Source: an uncultured Clostridium sp. (lineage in GTDB: Bacteria > Bacillota_I > Bacilli_A > RF39 > UBA660). From it: a DNA stretch of 64,000 nucleotides. The stretch spans positions 17,509 through 81,508 of the forward strand of contig CAMIWC010000004.1 in the NCBI GenBank assembly GCA_946402315.1, written 5' to 3'. This document shows positions 29,128 through 36,973 of this stretch, piece after piece; positions within the stretch are counted from its first letter, which is position 1, and the number at the start of each line of letters is the position of its first letter. The notes below the pieces were generated by a model, which ran no database searches, had not been told where the DNA came from, and saw nothing but the letters and a program-made list of their open reading frames with translations. The position numbers and the translations under genes were made by a program.

Positions 29128-32076
29128 ATGGATGAGATATTAGAATTAGTAAATAATCATATTGATGAAGTACTAGCTAATAGTGAATTGCTTCAAAAAG
29201 TATGTAGTTATCTTAATACTAGTTTTAGTCTAACTAAAGAAAATTTAGCAACTAATCCTAATATTTTAAGAATTAGTGATTTCATAATGCCTAAAATAGA
29301 AGAAGATCCTTCTATTGTTTTATTGTTTCCATATGATAATATAGATGATACTTTAGCTAATACTTATTTAAGAAGCGCAGTTATGAATCATTTTATTCCA
29401 ACCTATGAACAAATAAAAGAAAACCCTTCAATGGGTCCACATATACCTATAGGTGTTTTAGAGAGATTATTAAGAACTAATCCTAGAATGATTAAGTTTT
29501 TTCCTAAAAGCGAAATAAAAAATTATGCTAATAAAGTAGAGTTCGTTGCAACAGAAGAAGAACTATTAGAGGTTCCAGAACTATGTGAATTTCCAGGAGT
29601 TATGGAAAGATCTATTGAGGAGAATCCTCATTTATTAAAATATCTTCATACTGTTATAGATACTTTTGTTATTTATGATGCTTTAGAACAAGTAGAATTA
29701 ACAAGACAAGACTTTTTAGATAATCCATTCTTATGTACTGATTCTACTATTTGTGAAGGAAAATATCTATATTATTATAGGTCTTTAACTACAGAACAAA
29801 AAATAGTTATAGTAACTGAACTAATTAGTTTAGGAAGAATTGATGAAATAAGTGAATTACCATTCTTTAACCATACACTTAATCCAATGCTTGAAGATGA
29901 TGCAGATATTGATAAAGTAGTTAGATTAATAAAGGTAATAACACCAGACTTAAGTAATGCAGAGAATAATAATGTTAATGATGAAAATTGGTCAATATTA
30001 AGTGCTATTATAGATGGAATAGGTGCTTATAGATATCGTCTTGGAAAAAATACTTTTAAATTTAAAAGTGCTGATGTATTAATAGATAGATTTGAAAAAT
30101 ATTTCTTAGAGATGAATCCTGAAAACGAGGATATATTATTAGGTATTCTAACTAGAGAAGTAGTAGATTTTATGGAAGCTACTCCTGAAGATGATGTTGA
30201 AGAATCAGTAAGAATTAGTTTATTAAATATATATAGAAAGTATGAAAACAATAATAGAACTATGCCTACTGAAGGGGAGGATAGAGCATTAATTACTGAA
30301 ATCTGTAATTATATGTTAAACTTCCATCGTGATAAATTTATTGCTTCAGAAAGAGTTGCAGTAGAAGAATTAATTAATAAGTATTTCTCTTTAAAACAAA
30401 CTAGAATCCAAAGCATTCTTCATAGTAAAAGAAGAAATAGAGTTATATCAAGACTTAGAGATTTCAAAAATCGTGGAGTAGATTGTTATGACGATTTTGA
30501 TAGATTAAAGATAACACTAGAATTAAGAGAATTAGATCCTAATTTTAAAGATAGTCAAATAGAAGAAATATATAAACATATAATAGATACTTTACTTGAA
30601 ACAGGAAATATTAATACCGACGGATTATATAAGTACTTAGAAGAAACTATTTTTGGAGAAAGAGAAATAATTCCAGCATACTTAAAAATAGGATTAAAAG
30701 AATGTACTGCTAAAATAGTGGATATTATAAATAAAGAAATAAATGAATCTGCTAGAGCTATCAGATTAGCTCCAGAAGAATCAGCAATAACACTTAGAGA
30801 TAGAGCTAAATATACTAGAGAATTTGTTCCTAAAAATCTTTGTATGACTAATAAAGGAATAACAGATAGTACTTTAGCTAGATTAATAGTATTACTTATG
30901 GATGATCCAGATAGATGCAGAAAAGCAACATTAGAAATAGATAAAGCTGAACCTTTAAGAAGAATTATACCTTTCTTTGGATCAATTCCGAAAACAAAAG
31001 AATTATCTGTTGAAATGTTAATGGATATACTTGCAAATTATCCAAGAATAGAACGTAGAATTAACATGAATGGCACAAGTAAAAATCTAGAATTTTGTTT
31101 TGAAAAACTAGTAGGATTTGCTACTGATTATGGTATGTCATCTAGTTTACTTAGAACTATTATTACACCTAATATAGTAGGTTATATAGGAGAACATAAT
31201 GTAGGTAAATATGCTTTATTCTATTTAGAGCATTTATTTGATAGACAAGATTCTACTATACCTATTGTTAATGGAGAAACAGGAAGATATACATATAAAT
31301 CTAGTTTCAAAGATCAAGATCGTATGGTAATAGGGAAAATGTATGATGATAGTTGTTTAGATTTAAATGATTCTTCAGGATATGATACTTTCTTTGAATG
31401 CCTTGCTGGTCCACATGGAGATGCCATTTTAATTAGAGATATTACTAGTAATGAATTAATTGGAAGAGTACTTGCTATAAGAAGAGGAAATCTTATTCAA
31501 TTACAATTAAGAAACTTAGATGGTAGAATTGATGAAAAAGAATATCAATTATTAATTAGTGAAATTGGTAAACAAATGATGACTGAAGCTCAAGAAAAAG
31601 GAGATAATCTAGAAGCAATTGTTGTCGCAACGGCACCTCATACCGGAAAAAGAGAAGATAGGTTAAAAACTGAATTTCCGCATGCTGACTGGGGAGGTTT
31701 CTATGAAATGGTTATTCCTCAAGAAGATGTTGAATTTAATTTTACTGTTAAACCAGTAGTAACTTATCATCCACAAAGAGAAAAAATAAGAGAACAAGCT
31801 ACTGATCAAGAATTAACTAGATTAAAAGCTATAAGTATTAAAATGATGCCTGATTCAATGGCAAAAGAAGATCTTGAACGAAATTTTGAACCGGTTATTT
31901 TTGAAGGTACTGGTAATCAAATATTATTAGGAGAAGATTGGTACATTATTCATAATAATGGAGAAATAGTAGAAGAGGTAATTGTACCAACTAAAGATAA
32001 TAGACAACAAGTAGAAATAGGCGTTGTTAAAGAAAAACTAGGATTAAGTAAAGGAGCTGGTACTCATTATGGTTAA
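29128..32076 (+). CDS. Large hypothetical cytoplasmic protein (982 aa)
   Basis: It has a strong SD (AGGGTGAT), no TM or signal sequence, and no NTPase motifs. Short NP-containing motifs recur in the first ~220 aa. Confidence 0.7.
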   Translation: MDEILELVNNHIDEVLANSELLQKVCSYLNTSFSLTKENLATNPNILRISDFIMPKIEEDPSIVLLFPYDNIDDTLANTYLRSAVMNHFIPTYEQIKENPSMGPHIPIGVLERLLRTNPRMIKFFPKSEIKNYANKVEFVATEEELLEVPELCEFPGVMERSIEENPHLLKYLHTVIDTFVIYDALEQVELTRQDFLDNPFLCTDSTICEGKYLYYYRSLTTEQKIVIVTELISLGRIDEISELPFFNHTLNPMLEDDADIDKVVRLIKVITPDLSNAENNNVNDENWSILSAIIDGIGAYRYRLGKNTFKFKSADVLIDRFEKYFLEMNPENEDILLGILTREVVDFMEATPEDDVEESVRISLLNIYRKYENNNRTMPTEGEDRALITEICNYMLNFHRDKFIASERVAVEELINKYFSLKQTRIQSILHSKRRNRVISRLRDFKNRGVDCYDDFDRLKITLELRELDPNFKDSQIEEIYKHIIDTLLETGNINTDGLYKYLEETIFGEREIIPAYLKIGLKECTAKIVDIINKEINESARAIRLAPEESAITLRDRAKYTREFVPKNLCMTNKGITDSTLARLIVLLMDDPDRCRKATLEIDKAEPLRRIIPFFGSIPKTKELSVEMLMDILANYPRIERRINMNGTSKNLEFCFEKLVGFATDYGMSSSLLRTIITPNIVGYIGEHNVGKYALFYLEHLFDRQDSTIPIVNGETGRYTYKSSFKDQDRMVIGKMYDDSCLDLNDSSGYDTFFECLAGPHGDAILIRDITSNELIGRVLAIRRGNLIQLQLRNLDGRIDEKEYQLLISEIGKQMMTEAQEKGDNLEAIVVATAPHTGKREDRLKTEFPHADWGGFYEMVIPQEDVEFNFTVKPVVTYHPQREKIREQATDQELTRLKAISIKMMPDSMAKEDLERNFEPVIFEGTGNQILLGEDWYIIHNNGEIVEEVIVPTKDNRQQVEIGVVKEKLGLSKGAGTHYG

Positions 32077-32269
32077 ATATGGAAAAGTAGTTGAATATAA
32101 TGGAGAATATGGACTAATCAAATCAGGAAATGATTTAGTAGATTTTGAAAAAAAAGATTTATCAACTCCTGTTAAAGTAGGAGATATAGTTGAATATAGA
32201 GAAGAAAAAGGAGATTACTTAATACTTGCTCGTAATGTAAAAGTGGTGTCTAAAGATGAAAATAATTAA
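32069..32269 (+). CDS. Small hypothetical protein (66 aa), possibly a beta-barrel (cold-shock/OB-like) fold
   Basis: Its start overlaps the stop of the 982-aa gene by 8 nt. GKVVEYNGEYGLIKS is reminiscent of the first strands of cold-shock domains, but the similarity is weak. Confidence 0.45.
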   Translation: MVKYGKVVEYNGEYGLIKSGNDLVDFEKKDLSTPVKVGDIVEYREEKGDYLILARNVKVVSKDENN

Positions 32270-32774
32270 AGTAGTTACGGGATTCTTAGAAGAGAATTGT
32301 TATATTTTAATAAAAGGTAATAATGCTTTAGTAATAGATCCTGGGGATGACTATGAACTTATAAAAAAAGAGATTGGTACTAATAATGTTTTAGCAGTAC
32401 TAATTACTCATCATCATTTTGATCATATAGGTGCCCTCGAATCATTATTAAAAGATTATCCTGTAGATATTATTGATTATAAGAGTAAAAAAAATCAAAG
32501 TATTAAAAATTTCTCTTTTAAAATAATACCTACATCAGGACATACTAGTGATTCTGTATCATTTTACTTTGAACAAGATAAAGTAATATTTACAGGAGAT
32601 TTCTTGTTTAGAAACTCTATAGGAAGAACTGATTTAGATTCAGGGAATCAAATAGAAATGGAAAAAAGTATTTCTAATATTAAAAAATATGATAGAGATG
32701 TAAAACTTTACCCAGGACATGGAGAAGAAACAACTCTTTCACATGAAATAGATTATAATATTTATATGAGGTGA
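32256..32774 (+). CDS. MBL-fold metallo-hydrolase (hydroxyacylglutathione-hydrolase-like)
   Basis: Motifs ITHHHFDHIG, GHTSDS, TGDFLF and PGHG are present. It overlaps the upstream small ORF by 14 nt. Confidence 0.8.
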   Translation: MKIIKVVTGFLEENCYILIKGNNALVIDPGDDYELIKKEIGTNNVLAVLITHHHFDHIGALESLLKDYPVDIIDYKSKKNQSIKNFSFKIIPTSGHTSDSVSFYFEQDKVIFTGDFLFRNSIGRTDLDSGNQIEMEKSISNIKKYDRDVKLYPGHGEETTLSHEIDYNIYMR

Positions 32775-32778
32775 TTAT

Positions 32779-33090
32779 ATGTATTTAGATTTAATAATTA
32801 TAGTAGTTTTATTATTACTAGTAACAGTTTATTTTAGAAGATTTTCTAACTTTGTATACGCTTTTGCGATAGTAGATATATTCTTAAGAATATTAGATTT
32901 TATTAGACGTGAAGTAAAAGTTCCTGAACTACAAAGTTTTATTGCTAAGTATTTTCCTAGTTCTATAGAGTCATTAATCTATAAATACACTAATGGAATA
33001 CTATCTACAATACTTGTATGGGTTTATGTAATACTATTTGCTATATTCTTAGGATATACATTTAAAGTGTTTTTAAAAAGAAAAAAATAG
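32779..33090 (+). CDS. Small membrane protein (103 aa, 3 TM helices)
   Basis: It has an SD (GAGGTGAT), hydrophobic helices and a basic C-terminus. Confidence 0.5.
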   Translation: MYLDLIIIVVLLLLVTVYFRRFSNFVYAFAIVDIFLRILDFIRREVKVPELQSFIAKYFPSSIESLIYKYTNGILSTILVWVYVILFAIFLGYTFKVFLKRKK

Positions 33091-33143
33091 TAATATATTA
33101 AGTAATATATTAATAGTATGATATAATTAAAATAGGTGATAAT

Positions 33144-34193
33144 ATGAAAGAAGTAAAAAAGGGTACTAAGAAAAAGAGTAGTACAACACCACCTAAGAAG
33201 ACTACTAAAAAGAAAGTAACTAATAAAAAGGTTACTCAAACTAAGAAAAAAGTAACTGAGAAGAAAGTTACTCCTGCAAAGAAAGCAGTTTCTAATAAGA
33301 AACAAATTAAAAGAGGGTTCACATTAATAGAGTTATTAGCAGTAATAGTAATTTTAGGCTTATTAATGGCAATTGCTATACCAGCAGTAACTAGATATAT
33401 TAATCAATCTAGAATGAAAACATTAGTATCAAGTATTAATGGTTATTTAGATGCTGCTACTATAGCTGTAAATGATAATGATTTTGGATCTATGTCTAAT
33501 CAAGATAATATTTATTATATTCCTGTAAGTAATATCAAGGATGATTCATGTATTAATCTTGAAAAAGGTGGATTAGATCCATATGGTAACTTTGTAGAAG
33601 CTTATGTAGTAGTTCACTACAATGCATCAGAGTACAAATATGATTATTATTTTACTTTTATAGATGATGCTGGTTATGGTATGAAGTTAACAAAAGTAGA
33701 TGAGATTAAGAGTAACGGAAAAGGACAAATAGTTAATCCTAGTCCAGTTAATCCATCAACTTCTGATTCTAATCAAATAACTATTCAAACTATAGATGAC
33801 GCAGTACCACATATATTAGGTTCTGATAGTTGTAGTGCTGCTAATAGTACTGTTGCAGGCGGATTTACACCAATTAATCCACCAATAAACCCACCAACAG
33901 GTGGAGGAAAATTCTATGTTAGAAGACAAATTAATGCTTGTACGACTAAAACATTTGAATTTAATATGGGAAGAGCTAAAATAAAATTTAGTGCTTGGGT
34001 TGAAACTGAAAACAATACTGATAACTGGCGTATTGGACCAACTGGAAAAGTTATAACAGGAACAGATACTAGAAATTTTGAAATAGATGGAGTAACTGGA
34101 GACTCATATATAACTACAGGAAAGACATATACTACTACAAATAATGGTGTACTTTTCCCATCAATCGTATGTAATGATCCAGTAGGTTCATAG
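33144..34193 (+). CDS. Pilin-like protein: 58-aa Lys-rich leader, prepilin G|FTLIE motif, conserved head and a Cys-containing C-terminal domain
   Basis: KRGFTLIELLAVIVILGLLMAIAIPA is a class III (prepilin) signal with Gly at -1, Phe at +1 and Glu at +5. An extended -10 promoter (TGaTATAAT) lies at 33119-33127. Confidence 0.8.
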   Translation: MKEVKKGTKKKSSTTPPKKTTKKKVTNKKVTQTKKKVTEKKVTPAKKAVSNKKQIKRGFTLIELLAVIVILGLLMAIAIPAVTRYINQSRMKTLVSSINGYLDAATIAVNDNDFGSMSNQDNIYYIPVSNIKDDSCINLEKGGLDPYGNFVEAYVVVHYNASEYKYDYYFTFIDDAGYGMKLTKVDEIKSNGKGQIVNPSPVNPSTSDSNQITIQTIDDAVPHILGSDSCSAANSTVAGGFTPINPPINPPTGGGKFYVRRQINACTTKTFEFNMGRAKIKFSAWVETENNTDNWRIGPTGKVITGTDTRNFEIDGVTGDSYITTGKTYTTTNNGVLFPSIVCNDPVGS

Positions 34194-34246
34194 AATTATA
34201 AGCATTGTGTTGCTATTTAATAATATAATTATAATGGGGTGATAAT

Positions 34247-35260
34247 ATGAAAGATAGTAAAAAAAGTACAAAAAAGAAAAGTGTTAAACCTACATCAAAG
34301 AAGACTACAAAAAAAACTACTAAGAAAGCAGTTAAAAAGACAGTTAAAAAAACTGCTGCTAAAAGAGTGAAAACAAAAAAAGGATTTACTTTAATAGAGT
34401 TATTAGCTGTAATAGTAATATTAGGATTATTAATGGCTCTTGCTATTCCTTCTATTACTAGATATATAAATCAATCTAGAATGAAAACTTTAGTAACTAG
34501 TATTGATGGATTTGTAGGTGCTGCTAGAGTTGCTGTAAATGATAATGATTTAGGATCAATGTCTGATGGTAATAAAATATTTTATATACCTGTTAATAAT
34601 AAAAAAGATGATTCATGTGTTTCTCTTGAAAAAGGTGGTACTGATCCATTTGGAGAATATGTTGAAGCTTACGTAGTAGTTTATTATAATGCTGCTGAAT
34701 ATAAATACGATTATTATTTTACATTTATAGATTCAGCAGGTTATGGAATGAAATTAACTAAGAGTGATGAAATTAAATCAAATGGAAAGGGACAAATTGT
34801 AAATCCTAGTCCAATAAATCCTTCAACAAGTGATTCTAATACTATAACTAGTCAAACAATTAATGGTGCGACACCTTATGTATTAGGAACTGGTAGTTGT
34901 AATGCTCAACAAAGTACTCCTGTAGTAATATCTGGTGGTGGTGGTAGTAATCCATCTACTCCTGCTGGAACATTTAAAGTAAGTATTAAACTAAATATAT
35001 GTAATATTAATACAAAAGAGTATACAGTTCCAAGTTCAAATATGAAATTTAGTACTTGGGTAAATAGTAGTGGTAATACTGAAGGATGGACAATAGATTC
35101 TCAAAACCGAGTAGTTTATTATGCATTCGATGGATTCTATTCATTAGATGGAGTAACTGGTAATTCAACTATTACTTTAGACAATACTTACACGACAACA
35201 ATGCATGATGTAAATCTTCCACAAGTATCTTGTAATCAAAACCCTTGGGATAGACCGTAG
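34247..35260 (+). CDS. Pilin-like protein, a tandem paralog of 33144-34193 with a 46-aa Lys-rich leader
   Basis: It carries KKGFTLIELLAVIVILGLLMALAIPS and the same head (NDNDLGSMS...YYFTFIDSAGYGMKLTK) and C-terminal domain. A terminator hairpin lies at 35323-35346. Confidence 0.8.
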   Translation: MKDSKKSTKKKSVKPTSKKTTKKTTKKAVKKTVKKTAAKRVKTKKGFTLIELLAVIVILGLLMALAIPSITRYINQSRMKTLVTSIDGFVGAARVAVNDNDLGSMSDGNKIFYIPVNNKKDDSCVSLEKGGTDPFGEYVEAYVVVYYNAAEYKYDYYFTFIDSAGYGMKLTKSDEIKSNGKGQIVNPSPINPSTSDSNTITSQTINGATPYVLGTGSCNAQQSTPVVISGGGGSNPSTPAGTFKVSIKLNICNINTKEYTVPSSNMKFSTWVNSSGNTEGWTIDSQNRVVYYAFDGFYSLDGVTGNSTITLDNTYTTTMHDVNLPQVSCNQNPWDRP

Positions 35261-35359
35261 TATTAAATTATTATTGCTATTTAATTAAAAATGTATTATT
35301 ATATAAGTGCATCGAGTGGAAGATTTCTTCCACTTTTTATATTATTTAGAGAGGTGTTT

Positions 35360-35617
35360 ATGGAAGAAAAATTAATAAACCTTATTAATCCTAGTATTAA
35401 GGATTTAAAAGTATGGGTAGATTCTATTAAAGTAGAACAAGAAGAAAATGAAACTTTTTTAAGAATAGCTTTAGATGCAGATTATATAATTGATCTTAAT
35501 ACTGTAGTTAAAGCTACAAGAATTATTAATCCAATACTAGATAAGGAAGATTTAGACTTAGATAATTATATGTTAGATGTTTATGCTAAACCAAAAGGAG
35601 ATAAAGAAGATGAATAG
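35360..35617 (+). CDS. rimP: Short RimP-like ribosome maturation factor (N-terminal domain only, 85 aa)
   Basis: It occupies the position directly upstream of nusA and overlaps it. The sequence ETFLRIALD...DNYMLDVYAKPKG resembles the RimP N-domain ending at the L-E-V-S-S-P-G position. The start is set at 35360, behind a GAGAGGTG SD. Confidence 0.5.
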   Translation: MEEKLINLINPSIKDLKVWVDSIKVEQEENETFLRIALDADYIIDLNTVVKATRIINPILDKEDLDLDNYMLDVYAKPKGDKEDE

Positions 35618-36683
35618 TAAAGAATTTTTAAAGGCAGTAGACCTAGTAGTACAAGAAAAAGGAATTGATAAAGAAGTAGTATTTGAAGCAATGGAACTTG
35701 CTTTAGCAACTGCTTATAAAAAGAATTTTGATTCTTTAACTAATTCTAAGATTGTTATTAATAGAGATACAGGAGATATTAAAGTATTCTCATATTTAAC
35801 AGTAGTAGAAGATGATTTTGAAGATATTGATCTAGATACAGAAATCAGTTTAACTGATGCTAGAAAAATAGATAAGACTTTAAATGTAGGAGATACTATT
35901 GATACTGAAGTTACTCCAAAAGACTTTGGACGTGTAGCTGCATCAACTGCTAAACAAGTAATAGTTCAAAAATTAAGAGAAGCGGAAAAGAATTCTATTA
36001 TTGAAGAATTTGGTAATAAAGAAGATGAATTATTAGTTGGTACAGTTGAGCTAGAAGATGTAGATAATTACTTTATTAACTTAGGAAGAAGTAATGGAAT
36101 ACTTCCTAAAAAAGAATGCATTCCTGGTGAAAAAATAGAAATGGGAAAACAAATAAAAGTATATGTTAGTAAAGTAGATGGTAGTGGTAAAGGAATGCTT
36201 ATTCTTTTATCAAGAAAACATTATGGATTCTTAAAGAGATTATTTGAACTTGAGATTCCAGAACTTTCTGATGGAACAGTACTTCTATATAGTGTTGCTA
36301 GAGACGCTGGAAGTCGTTCTAAAGTAGCAGTTTATTCTGAAAGAAGCAATATTGATCCAGTAGGGGCATGTATTGGTGAAAGAGGAAGTAGAATTGCTCG
36401 TATAATTGAAGAAGTAAATGGTGAAAGAATAGATGTAGTAAGATATGATAAAGAACCTGAAACATTTATTGCTAACGCCTTACAACCAGCTAAGAATTTA
36501 CATGTAATTATAACTGATCCTAAAAAACAAGAATGTATCGTAGTTGCTGATGATGATAACTTCTCATTAGCTATCGGTAAGAAAGGTGAAAACGCTAGAC
36601 TTGCTTCTAAATTAACTCATTATAAGATTGATGTTAAGAATACAGAACAAGCTAGAGAAATGGGAATTAATTTCATTAATTAA
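35610..36683 (+). CDS. nusA: Transcription termination/antitermination factor NusA
   Basis: It contains an S1 domain and KH domains (GACIGERGSRI, AIGKKGENARLA). The start is set at ATG 35610 (sequence MNSKEFL...). Confidence 0.95.
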   Translation: MNSKEFLKAVDLVVQEKGIDKEVVFEAMELALATAYKKNFDSLTNSKIVINRDTGDIKVFSYLTVVEDDFEDIDLDTEISLTDARKIDKTLNVGDTIDTEVTPKDFGRVAASTAKQVIVQKLREAEKNSIIEEFGNKEDELLVGTVELEDVDNYFINLGRSNGILPKKECIPGEKIEMGKQIKVYVSKVDGSGKGMLILLSRKHYGFLKRLFELEIPELSDGTVLLYSVARDAGSRSKVAVYSERSNIDPVGACIGERGSRIARIIEEVNGERIDVVRYDKEPETFIANALQPAKNLHVIITDPKKQECIVVADDDNFSLAIGKKGENARLASKLTHYKIDVKNTEQAREMGINFIN

Positions 36684-36685
36684 TT

Positions 36686-36952
36686 ATGAAACAAAGAAAA
36701 GAAGTATTTAGGACTTGTGTAATTACAAAAGAAAAATTACCTAAGAAAGACTTACTTAGAATAGTAAGAACTCCTGAAGGTAATATTGAAGTAGATTTAA
36801 CTGGTAAATTAAATGGTAGAGGTGCTTATATAAAAAAGGATATTGAAGTACTAGAAAAAGCTAAGAAAGGAAATGCTTTAGGAAAACATTTAGAAGTAAA
36901 TATTCCTGATAGTGTATATGAGCATATAAAAGAAATAATAGAAGAAAAATAA
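36686..36952 (+). CDS. ylxR: YlxR/DUF448-family RNA-binding protein
   Basis: Motifs RTCVITKEKLPKKDLLRIV and GRGAYI are present, and it sits in the position between nusA and infB. Confidence 0.85.
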   Translation: MKQRKEVFRTCVITKEKLPKKDLLRIVRTPEGNIEVDLTGKLNGRGAYIKKDIEVLEKAKKGNALGKHLEVNIPDSVYEHIKEIIEEK

Positions 36953-36973
36953 GAAAGAAGAGGTGAATTCTAT

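Noticed and set aside
33089-33112. Perfect 12-bp direct tandem repeat AGTAATATATTA x2 just upstream of the extended -10 promoter of the first pilin-like gene. It could be a regulator-binding site.
   Set aside because: The sequence is very AT-rich and low-complexity. It is not found upstream of the three paralogous genes, so I cannot distinguish it from chance or slippage. It is recorded here only as a possible follow-up.
33024-33305. Minus-strand 93-aa ORF opposite the start of the first pilin-like gene, and the 41417-41749(-) and 44277-44594(-) ORFs opposite the PT-repeat and DUF285 genes.
   Set aside because: They are mirror images of repetitive coding sequence: antisense of AAG/AAA gives F/L, and antisense of the PT repeat gives a VGS repeat. 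No SD or independent support is present.
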